From: Spirochaetota bacterium
GTDB lineage: Bacteria; Spirochaetota; UBA4802; UBA5550
Assembly (NCBI GenBank): GCA_035403465.1
Contig: DAONFG010000009.1
Span: 159-64,158, forward strand
DNA length: 64,000 nt
Reading direction: 5' to 3'
Shown here: in pieces, positions 1-7,692 of the stretch
Layout of the letters: each line of letters begins with the position of its first letter
Numbering within the stretch: the first letter of the stretch is position 1
Notes under the pieces: generated by a model
The model's database searches: none
Told to the model about the DNA's origin: nothing
The model's input: only the letters and a program-made list of their open reading frames with translations
Translations under genes and position numbers: made by a program

Positions 1-320
1 AAGGGGGCCGAAAAGAATTCAACACCGCTTGCGGTTGCCCTCTCTTTAAGTTTAAGGTACTCATCTTTTTCAAGGGTGAACTTCGACAAAAAGTCAATTA
101 CGCCCCTGTCCTGGAAGCTCATGTCCCCTTTTTCCATGAGGGACCTGGTGTATGGTGAGTTCATCAGTTCAGGGTTGAATGTCTGGAACTTGACAGCGTC
201 CGCTCCTGATTCAGCTGCGCGCATGATCATTTCGTAGGCCTGGGCAAAGCTGCCGTTATGGTTAAGACCGATCTCTGCAATGAAGACCGGGTTTTTGTGT
301 TTGAATACGGATTCCAGCAT
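1..320 (-). CDS. Sialic-acid synthase family protein (NeuB/PseI/LegI-like), N-terminal part only; gene continues past the left edge
   Basis: Absent from the ORF track because no stop lies in the window. Minus-strand translation from ATG at 320..318 reads [48 protein letters not shown]... This matches the IAEIGxNHNG...GADAVKFQ N-terminal signature of NeuB-type synthases. Confidence 0.8.
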   Translation of the reverse strand, partial: MLESVFKHKNPVFIAEIGLNHNGSFAQAYEMIMRAAESGADAVKFQTFNPELMNSPYTRSLMEKGDMSFQDRGVIDFLSKFTLEKDEYLKLKERATASGVEFFSAP

Positions 321-465
321 GTTGATACCACCGGTGTCTGCAATATTTTTTACTGTCCCCGCACTGCACTTTTTTGCCGCAGAGGCACAGAGCACACGGA
401 GTTGTGTATTTTAGAAAGAATCAAGATAATATAGTAAATGATAAATGTAAAGTATTTTATAAGCT

Positions 466-892
466 TTACCATGATGGCGGGGGTAACCGGCTGTCGTATT
501 TCTTTTCCATATCCTCGATTTTCTTTTTCAGATCTCCGTAAGTGGAGAGCATATGCCGCAGTTTTGTGAATGCACGTATAATCTGGATGCTTGTATTTAC
601 AGCTCTTTCACTGTTTAGTACATTGGAAAGCATCAGAATGCCATGTTCGGTAAAAGCAAATGGAAATTTTCTTGTGCCGCCACGGCTTGATGTCGCATTT
701 TGTGATACAAGTTTTGCAGTTCATCCCGGTTAAGCTGAAACATAAAATCGGGGGTGAACCGGAATGGGATGCACCACGGGGTAGCAACCCCGTGTTCTGA
801 AGAAATCTCGCGAAATAAAAATCATTCCCTGATTCATAAATATTTGACAGCCCGCGCATTCTGTATAAAATTAATTCCGTAATGTCCGCCAC
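466..892 (-). pseudogene. Degraded ORF6N-domain (antirepressor/KilA-N-like) gene, broken by several frameshifts and C-terminally truncated
   Basis: Pieces of one ORF6N-type protein lie in different minus-strand frames. One frame reads ...RFTPDFMFQLNRDELQNL and stops near 633. The next reads SSRGGTRKFPFAFTEHGILMLSNVLNSERAVNTSIQIIRAFTKLRHMLSTYGDLKKKIEDMEKKYD and ends at TAA 468..466. The 94-aa track ORF 608..892 is a third frame over the same DNA. Confidence 0.6.
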
Positions 893-903
893 GGAGGAAG
901 CGC

Positions 904-2394
904 ATGTCTGATAAGAAATATATAATCGCCATGGACCTTGGCACTACCGGCAACAGGGTCTTCTGTTTTGATGACAAGGGGAAGGTGATATCAAGTTCAT
1001 ACAGGGAATTCACGCAGTACTTTCCTAAACCGGGATGGGTTGAACATGACGGTCTTGAAATATGGGATTCCATATGCGAGCTGATCCCCGAGGCGATAAA
1101 AAAGGGTGACCTGAACCCTGCATCCGCAGTTTCAATAGGGATAACAAACCAGCGCGAAACTTCGATACTCTGGGACGCCGAAACAGGCAGGCCGATTTAC
1201 AGGGCCATAGTGTGGCAGTGCAGGCGCACCACGGATATATGCAACCAGCTGAAGGAGTGGGGACACGAGGCGAAGTTCAGGGAACAGACAGGCCTGGTTA
1301 TTGACGCGTACTTTTCGGGTACAAAGATAAAGTGGATGTTTGACAATGTCATGGACGCGCGCCAGCTTGCAAAGAAGGGGAGGCTGCGCTTTGGAACCAT
1401 TGATACCTGGATCCTCTGGAAACTGACCGGCGGCAAGTCTCATGCGACTGATTACACCAACGCGTCCCGGACTCTCATATTCAACATAAAAGAGAAGAAG
1501 TGGTCCCCCGAACTCTGCGACATCCTTGACATACCGATGAATATACTTCCAGAAGTGTACCCCTCTGCCTGCAATTTCGGCCGCACCTCGGGCTGTTCTT
1601 TTATCCCCGACGGTATTGAGATCGGAGGGATTGCCGGCGACCAGCAGGCTGCCATGGTGGGGCAGTGCTGTGTAACACCGGGACGCACAAAGAACACTTA
1701 CGGTACAGGCTGTTTCATGCTGCTTAACAACGGGCCCGAATACATCATATCACAAAACGGCCTGCTGACCACGCTTACCCCTGACAGCAAGGGGAACCCG
1801 GTCTACGCACTTGAAGGCTCGGTGTTCATAGGCGGTGCGGTCATGCAGTGGCTGCGCGACTACATGAAGTTTTTTGACAGCGCCACGGAGTCCGAGGGCA
1901 TCGCCTTATCAATTTTCAACCGTGACGACGAGGTTGTGTTTGTCCCGGCCTTCGTAGGCCTTGGCGCGCCGTACTGGAACATGGACGCGCGCGGCGCGAT
2001 ATTCGGTCTGACCCGCGATACAACGCGCGAACAGATAGTCAGGGCAGCGCTCAAGTCGATCGCATTCCAGTCCATGGACGTGATCCACGCAATGGAGCAG
2101 GACACCGGTAAGCGCATCAACGAACTGCGTGTTGACGGCGGTGCGACCGACAACAAGTTTCTGATGCAGTTCCAGTCCGACATACTTGGAGTCCCGGTAC
2201 TCCTGCCCGAGATCAGGGAATCGACTGCCCTTGGCGCTGCTTACCTTGCAGGGATCTCATCGGGATTCTATCCGACTATAGAGGCAATTGCTTCAGAAAA
2301 TAAGATCAGCAGGAGGTTCGAACCTGTGATGAACAGCTCCGAGCGCGAAAAACAGGCGGCACTGTGGAAAAAAACAGTGGCAAAACTTTTATAA
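904..2394 (+). CDS. glpK: Glycerol kinase
   Basis: 496-aa ORF with FGGY/GlpK blocks DLGTTGNR, GITNQRETS, YFSGTKIKW, GDQQAA, KNTYGTGCF. GGAGG lies 6 nt upstream of the ATG. Confidence 0.95.
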   Translation: MSDKKYIIAMDLGTTGNRVFCFDDKGKVISSSYREFTQYFPKPGWVEHDGLEIWDSICELIPEAIKKGDLNPASAVSIGITNQRETSILWDAETGRPIYRAIVWQCRRTTDICNQLKEWGHEAKFREQTGLVIDAYFSGTKIKWMFDNVMDARQLAKKGRLRFGTIDTWILWKLTGGKSHATDYTNASRTLIFNIKEKKWSPELCDILDIPMNILPEVYPSACNFGRTSGCSFIPDGIEIGGIAGDQQAAMVGQCCVTPGRTKNTYGTGCFMLLNNGPEYIISQNGLLTTLTPDSKGNPVYALEGSVFIGGAVMQWLRDYMKFFDSATESEGIALSIFNRDDEVVFVPAFVGLGAPYWNMDARGAIFGLTRDTTREQIVRAALKSIAFQSMDVIHAMEQDTGKRINELRVDGGATDNKFLMQFQSDILGVPVLLPEIRESTALGAAYLAGISSGFYPTIEAIASENKISRRFEPVMNSSEREKQAALWKKTVAKLL

Positions 2395-2478
2395 AAAACT
2401 GTTTCATGGTTGCTTTTTTTAAATTTTTATAATATTATATTTATATCATACCAAAACGCAAAATGCCGGAGGCCTTCA

Positions 2479-2676
2479 ATGGCAAAACCAATGCTGGGAG
2501 AAATGCTCGTACAGAACAAAGTTATTACACAAGATCAGATGAACAGGGCCCTTGAGATTCAGACCAGCGAGGGCGGGCTTATAGGAATTATTCTTGTTTC
2601 ACAGGGGATCATTACCGAGCAGACCCTTGTGGAATACCTTGCACTTCAGGCCAAGATAGTTACCACATCGGAATAA
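2479..2676 (+). CDS. Stand-alone T2SSE_N/MshEN-like domain protein (65 aa)
   Basis: Internal ATG of track ORF 2410..2676, preceded by GGAGG (2468..2472). The product is MAKPMLGEMLVQNKVITQDQMNRALEIQTSEGGLIGIILVSQGIITEQTLVEYLALQAKIVTTSE. It consists of two 24-residue xLGxx(L/V)(L/V)xxx(V/I)(I)xxxx(L/M)xxxLxxQ units separated by a 5-residue spacer. A strong terminator follows. Confidence 0.6.
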   Translation: MAKPMLGEMLVQNKVITQDQMNRALEIQTSEGGLIGIILVSQGIITEQTLVEYLALQAKIVTTSE

Positions 2677-2697
2677 ATCAACCATCCACTTCAGTAG

Positions 2698-2738
2698 AGA
2701 TAAACCGGGATTTAATTCTCCGGTTTATCTTTTTTTTT
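2698..2738 (+). terminator. Rho-independent terminator after the glpK / MshEN-like pair
   Basis: 11-bp perfect stem agataaaccgg(2698..2708)/ccggtttatct(2720..2730), an 11-nt loop, then T8 (2731..2738). Confidence 0.8.
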
Positions 2739-3010
2739 ACATATCAGCATGACTTCCGGTATATTAATATTCTGTCATAATAACGAAGTTTCGGAAACTA
2801 CGTTAAAACCCTGTTTGCACGGCGTTTTAACCGGGTCCGCTGAAAAAGAACTTGTTTTTTTTATGCAGATGCCAAAAGTTACTGTATCCTGAATAAACAG
2901 GTTTGTTTCGGTCATGCTGTTGCAGTTTACGATTGCGCTGATGCATAACCCGCCCATTTCGTAAAAGATACAGCATCCCAATACTTTATATACCGGGAGT
3001 AAATTAAATT

Positions 3011-3919
3011 ATGAAGCACTCAGTAAAAGAATGGATATTTGCGACACGTCCATGGTCGTTTCCTGCCTCAGCCACGTCAGCCCTTGTTGCCTTTTCTTAC
3101 GTATTCTTCAGGTTTTCCAGTCAGTCTGAACTGGTCAGTATTAACTGGTGCTACGGCATACTGGCAATCCTGGGAGCAGTGATTTTCCAGGCCGGAAGTA
3201 ATGTCGCGAATGATTATGTTGATTATCAGCATAAAGTAGACACAAAAGAATCCATTGGAATTAACCGTCTCCTGATTGATGAAGTTTTTGAGCCGAAATC
3301 ATTTTTACGTTATTCAGTTATCCTCCTCTCCATAGGCATCCTGCTTGGCGTGTTCCTCATGGTTAATACGGGGATCGATCTGCTCTGGATAGGAATTATA
3401 GGCGCTTTAAGCGGGTTCTTCTATTATAAACTGAAATACATTGCACTGGGGGACCTCCTGATCTATATTATTTTCGGGCCCATGATTATGCTGGGAACAG
3501 TTTTCGTCATGACGACTGATCTTGATCCGGACGCATTGATGATTTCAATCCCCGTCGGATTTTTAATTGTAAATATTCTTCATGCCAATAATACCCGCGA
3601 CATGATGCACGACGGCAAAGCCAACATAAAGACACAGGCCATGCTTCTGGGAGTCAGGGGAGCTATAATTCAATACATGATACTGGCTGTCGGAGCTTAC
3701 TTTGCGGTGGCAGTAATGGCAGCTTTCGGCATTCTGCATCCGCTTTCTCTTATCGTGTTTGTGACCCTGCCGCTGACAATAATGAATATCAAAAAGATAC
3801 GGAGAGCTGAATTTGACAAACCTGAACTCATAAATAACATGGACGAAATGTCTGCCAAACTGGTTCTGGCATTCGGAGTGCTGCTAGCTGTATCAAATTT
3901 TATAGCGGCATATTTATGA
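3011..3919 (+). CDS. UbiA-family membrane prenyltransferase (MenA/UBIAD1-like)
   Basis: 302-aa polytopic ORF. First Asp-rich motif is NVANDYVDYQHKVD and the second is NNTRDMMHDGKANI. The N-terminus ATRPWSFPAS is typical of MenA-like enzymes. Confidence 0.75.
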   Translation: MKHSVKEWIFATRPWSFPASATSALVAFSYVFFRFSSQSELVSINWCYGILAILGAVIFQAGSNVANDYVDYQHKVDTKESIGINRLLIDEVFEPKSFLRYSVILLSIGILLGVFLMVNTGIDLLWIGIIGALSGFFYYKLKYIALGDLLIYIIFGPMIMLGTVFVMTTDLDPDALMISIPVGFLIVNILHANNTRDMMHDGKANIKTQAMLLGVRGAIIQYMILAVGAYFAVAVMAAFGILHPLSLIVFVTLPLTIMNIKKIRRAEFDKPELINNMDEMSAKLVLAFGVLLAVSNFIAAYL

Positions 3920-4530
3920 AAAAGATAATTGCACCTGTAGTCATCGCCGCACTGCTCTGGTTCGTGATGTTTTCACCATGGACCAGAGATTACGTGAACT
4001 TCTGGATCACAATGGGAATCGCGGCAGTAGCCCTTGCGGTAATGAGCGCTTTTCTGTGCGATGATTTTAAAAAACAGTTTTCATTATCGCTGAAAGATGC
4101 TATGATCGGCCTGGTTTCGGCAGCCGTGTTATACCTGGTGTTTTACCTTGGCGATTTTTTTTCCTCCCTGCTCTTTCATTTTGCAAAAGGGCAGGTCAAC
4201 AGCATCTACCTGATGAAAGAGGGACAGAACCCGCTTTACCTGGGTTTACTGCTTGCGTTCTTCATCGGGCCTGCAGAAGAAATTTTCTGGCGCGGTTTTG
4301 TTCAACGCTCACTGGCTGCAAAATACGGGCAGTGGCAGGCATTGGTTGCCGCTTCGCTTGTATATACGCTTGTGCATGTCTGGTCGTTCAATTTTATGCT
4401 GATTATGGCTGCCATGGTATGCGGTGTTTTCTGGGGCCTGATTTATAAATACAACAGGAACATTACCACCCTGATCATTTCACATGCCGTGTGGGATGTT
4501 CTGGTGTTTATTGTATTCCCGATTTTATAG
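3916..4530 (+). CDS. CPBP-family intramembrane glutamic endopeptidase (CAAX-protease-like)
   Basis: 204-aa polytopic ORF. Motif 1 is PAEEIFWRGF (EExxxR), followed by YTLVHV and SHAVWDV (HxxxD). The start overlaps the UbiA stop as ATGA (3916..3919). Confidence 0.8.
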   Translation: MKKIIAPVVIAALLWFVMFSPWTRDYVNFWITMGIAAVALAVMSAFLCDDFKKQFSLSLKDAMIGLVSAAVLYLVFYLGDFFSSLLFHFAKGQVNSIYLMKEGQNPLYLGLLLAFFIGPAEEIFWRGFVQRSLAAKYGQWQALVAASLVYTLVHVWSFNFMLIMAAMVCGVFWGLIYKYNRNITTLIISHAVWDVLVFIVFPIL

Positions 4531-4567
4531 ATGGTAATATGCGGTTCCCGGCCATGGTATTCCCCCA

Positions 4568-5680
4568 GTGAAATATATTAAACTGTACATACTCCTTGCC
4601 GCGTTTTTTTCCGCAGGGTGTCTCTCCTCCGGAGATTATGACGGGGAGCGGTTCTTCACTGTAGTGGCTGCGGGTGACACCGTGCACCCGGTGAACGAAG
4701 GCCACGTTGATGAGTTCATCGCTCTGGGCAAAGAGATCTATGCTCCCACAAGGGATATTATCAGCAGCGGTGATTTGTCCTTTGTCAATGTAGAGGGGCC
4801 TTTCATGGAGAACAGGAAAGGCCTGGAACAGGGTAATATAGTATTCGCCGGTTACACCGGTGACCTTGACAACATGCTCTGGGCCGGGTTCAACTGCTTC
4901 AGCCTGGCCAATAACCACGCCCTGGACTGCGGTGCAGCCGGCGTGAAGAGCACCCTGGATCTTTTCGGGAAGAAAAAATCCGAACCTGAACACAGGAATA
5001 TTATCTTTGCCGGGCTGGGCCTTACTCCTGGCGATGCTGAGAAATTTTCAGCTGCTGTAATAAATAATGTGCAGGTTGCATTCTTTGCATACTCTGCACG
5101 CTACAACAGGGAGGGGAACCTCTGCAATTCCTTCTCGCCTGATAAAGTTGTTGCTGATCTGCGGAGCGCTGAAGGTGCGCAGCTAAAAATAGTTTCGGTA
5201 CATCACGGGGATGAGTTTGTCCATGTGCCTCCGGCCGATGTGGTAAGGGATTACCATGCACTTATCGACGCCGGCGCTGACCTTGTGCTGGGACATCACC
5301 CCCATGTGGTGCAGGGTATCGAAAAGTACGGCAGGGGGATCATTTTCTACTCGCTTGGGAATTATGCAATGGGGACTGTTTCTAAAAGGCATATGAGGCG
5401 TAACGGCAAACTTTACAGTTTTATTACACGGGTGAGGTTCAGGAAAACCGGGCAGTCGCTCCGCCCTGAATCTGTCGAGGTGTTCCCTTTGTATTCAGAT
5501 AACGCGAATGAGCTTGTGGTAAACGGCAAGGTGCTCAAGCGGCGCAGGTTTGTTCCCGAGGTGCTTACCGGCGACTTTGCGGACCATGTGCTTGACCGCA
5601 TCGAGTCCTGGTCTGCGCAGGTTCCGGGAAACAAAACGGTATTTGCCCGCGAAGGGGACGTGCTTACGGTGAAGTTCTGA
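4568..5680 (+). CDS. CapA/PGA_cap-family metallophosphoesterase-like lipoprotein
   Basis: 370-aa ORF with a GTG start and lipoprotein-type signal LLAAFFSAGC. Motifs are ANNHALDCG, VHHGDEF, LGHHPHVVQG and YSLGNY. Confidence 0.75.
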   Translation: MKYIKLYILLAAFFSAGCLSSGDYDGERFFTVVAAGDTVHPVNEGHVDEFIALGKEIYAPTRDIISSGDLSFVNVEGPFMENRKGLEQGNIVFAGYTGDLDNMLWAGFNCFSLANNHALDCGAAGVKSTLDLFGKKKSEPEHRNIIFAGLGLTPGDAEKFSAAVINNVQVAFFAYSARYNREGNLCNSFSPDKVVADLRSAEGAQLKIVSVHHGDEFVHVPPADVVRDYHALIDAGADLVLGHHPHVVQGIEKYGRGIIFYSLGNYAMGTVSKRHMRRNGKLYSFITRVRFRKTGQSLRPESVEVFPLYSDNANELVVNGKVLKRRRFVPEVLTGDFADHVLDRIESWSAQVPGNKTVFAREGDVLTVKF

Positions 5681-6021
5681 GGTGCAACTACTTTCCCGGC
5701 CCCCGGCCGATTAACATAACACTATAGACGAATCATTTATGCCAGGCAGAAACTTCTGTCTGGAAGAGGGGATAGCACAAATCAGTTGAGGAAATCCCTT
5801 CTCCCGTTATGGGTTAAATGCAGTATTAATATCTGAACATTTATGTCAGGATTATTTCAAAAAATTAAACCCGGGAGAAGGTGCGCAGTAGCGCGGAAGA
5901 GGGCATGCGGTTAAGTCTATTAACCCCTTCCGGGGGTGGCGGGTAAACTTGCATGAAATACATAGAGTTTTTCCGCCGGGGGCGTAACCTTAATGCTGCA
6001 GCCGGAATTTTGCGCAGTCTA

Positions 6022-6050
6022 TGGATACCCGCCTGCGCGGGTATGACAGT
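6022..6050 (+). repeat. Palindromic intergenic repeat unit (TGGAT-stem-loop-stem-ATGACAG family), copy 1
   Basis: Sequence is tggatacccgc-ctgc-gcgggtatgacagt. The 8-bp stem pairs 6025..6032 with 6037..6044. This unit generates the spurious VIPAQAGIH-type ORF 5865..6071. Confidence 0.7.
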
Positions 6051-6106
6051 GAGTGATGATGCCGTGTTCATTATTCACCGCCCGTCTCTGTGCGAGCTTG
6101 TTTGGT

Positions 6107-7048
6107 TTATACTTCCGGTTCCCTGATTGTTATGTTGTTTCTCTTTAGAAACTCCGTGTAACCGTAAACATCCTTTCCGGCGAACCTTATCTTAACGGCA
6201 TTAACAGGACAGTTGTTCACGCACCCGAAGCACGCAATACATTTATCCGTATCAACTGAAGCCTTATCAGGGCCGATTGCATCAACCGGGCACGACTCAC
6301 TGCATTTTCCGCACCTGATGCATTTTTTATCATCAATGGAATGCCCGGTCATTACCAGCTTTGTGAAGGCGATCGAAGTGCCGCCTTTTATCAGGTTGTT
6401 CAGGCTGAAGTTCCCCTTAACGTCAATTCCTTTCCCGGCCTGTGCGTTTGACAGGACAGATTCAGCATAGCTGCGTGCCGTGGTGAATGTACCTTCATCG
6501 GGCAGGTGCCTGTATTTAAGTACGCGGCCGCCGTTTCCCGCAGACCAGGTTGGAGCAAATGTCGACATGTTCGGGAATTCTTTCATTCCTGCCGGGACCC
6601 CGCCCTTATCCGCGAGGAGTGCGAGCAGTTCGCACGCGGTATTGTGCTGGTTGCCGCCTGCACCGCCGAATGTAACAAATGATGCGACCGGGATGCCTTC
6701 AATGGATGGTATTGTTTTCAGCCACTTGCGGAAATTTTCCGGGACCTCGTAGTAAAATACCGGTGAACCTGCTGCTATGATGTCGTAACCTGAAATTTTT
6801 TCCGCGTCAAGATTCCTGTAGTCGCCGGAAGTAACCTTTATACCCTGCTTTCTCCAGGATGATACGATCACCCTGCCGATTCTCTCTGTGTTTCCCGCCT
6901 GGCTGTACCAGATAACCAGGCCGGTTTTTATCTTTCCGTTTTTCATGACCCTGTTGTTTTTTATTTTTATTCCCATGCTTTTACATCCTGTTATAATTGC
7001 TGTTGCAGTTAGAATCGTTCCGGTTATGAATACTTTTCTTGTCAGCAT
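6107..7048 (-). CDS. Exported flavodoxin-fold plus 2x[4Fe-4S] ferredoxin-domain protein (RK Tat-like signal with lipobox)
   Basis: 313-aa ORF. The N-terminus MLTRKVFITGTILTATAIITGC resembles [ST]R[RK]xF[LI] followed by a lipobox Cys. The flavodoxin-like block is VIWYSQAGNTERIG. The C-terminus carries CIRCGKCSESCP and CIACFGCVNNCP. Confidence 0.7.
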   Translation of the reverse strand: MLTRKVFITGTILTATAIITGCKSMGIKIKNNRVMKNGKIKTGLVIWYSQAGNTERIGRVIVSSWRKQGIKVTSGDYRNLDAEKISGYDIIAAGSPVFYYEVPENFRKWLKTIPSIEGIPVASFVTFGGAGGNQHNTACELLALLADKGGVPAGMKEFPNMSTFAPTWSAGNGGRVLKYRHLPDEGTFTTARSYAESVLSNAQAGKGIDVKGNFSLNNLIKGGTSIAFTKLVMTGHSIDDKKCIRCGKCSESCPVDAIGPDKASVDTDKCIACFGCVNNCPVNAVKIRFAGKDVYGYTEFLKRNNITIREPEV

Positions 7049-7226
7049 TTGCCTGTACCTCTAATCAGTCACCTGCTTTCAAGGGAGAGCGTGGCTGTAA
7101 TCTACCTTTAAACTTCGTTCTTAAGCCTTTCAGCAGGAGACTTCCCCATATAAAATAATTGATTTAAGTCAAGGTAATTATTCACTTATCGGTATAATAT
7201 AGTATAAATACCCGGAGGTAAAACAT

Positions 7227-7577
7227 ATGGAAAAGGATATCAGGGGAACAGTTATTAACACAGGAAATTTTATAGAATACCAGGCTGGTTCAGTCGTGAG
7301 CAAAGAGATTATACGCAAAGAGACCGGTACTGTTACTATATTCGCATTCGATAAAGGCGAGGGCTTGAGTGAACACACTGCTCCATTTGACGCGCTTGTA
7401 CAGGTTATCGACGGCGAGGCCGAGATCATTATCGCCGGTACAAAGAACAGGCTTGTTAAGGGTGAAATGATCATCATGCCCGCAAACCAGACCCATGCGC
7501 TGAATGCGGTTGAGAGATTCAAGATGATCCTCACCATGATCAGGTCAAAAATACCCTCAGTTGTTTTAAATAAATAA
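7227..7577 (+). CDS. Cupin-domain protein
   Basis: 116-aa ORF. The block GLSEHTAPFDALVQVIDGEAEIIIAG...GEMIIMPANQTHALNA matches the two-motif cupin pattern, G(x)5HxH-like followed by PxxxxHxxxN. Confidence 0.75.
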   Translation: MEKDIRGTVINTGNFIEYQAGSVVSKEIIRKETGTVTIFAFDKGEGLSEHTAPFDALVQVIDGEAEIIIAGTKNRLVKGEMIIMPANQTHALNAVERFKMILTMIRSKIPSVVLNK

Positions 7578-7590
7578 TTTTGGCTGTAAT

Positions 7591-7616
7591 GTCATTCCCG
7601 CGAATGCGGGAATCCA
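7591..7616 (-). repeat. Palindromic intergenic repeat unit, copy 2 (inverted orientation)
   Basis: Sequence is gtcattcccgc-gaat-gcgggaatcca. Its reverse complement is tggattcccgc-attc-gcgggaatgac. Confidence 0.7.
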
Positions 7617-7646
7617 TTTCTACACCATGTCTACGGTGTAAACCAA

Positions 7647-7677
7647 TGGATTCCGGCTCTGACGGCCGGAATGACAG
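7647..7677 (+). repeat. Palindromic intergenic repeat unit, copy 3
   Basis: Sequence is tggattccggc-tctgacg-gccggaatgacag. The 8-bp stem pairs 7650..7657 with 7665..7672. Confidence 0.7.
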
Positions 7678-7692
7678 TTGAGTCTGCCCTGT

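Noticed and set aside
2315-2324. ggttcgaacc, resembling a tRNA T-arm
   Set aside because: It lies inside the glpK coding sequence (..RRFEPV..). No acceptor or anticodon arms can be folded around it. I found no tRNA-like cloverleaf anywhere in the window.
2775-2981. 68-aa Cys-containing minus-strand ORF upstream of the UbiA gene
   Set aside because: It has a TTG start with no SD and no recognisable motif, and it lies in a promoter region. I cannot support it as a gene.
5865-6071. 68-aa ORF containing ..SLTVIPAQAGIHRL..
   Set aside because: The conserved-looking peptide is the translation of the palindromic repeat unit at 6022..6050. The region is intergenic repeat DNA, not a gene.
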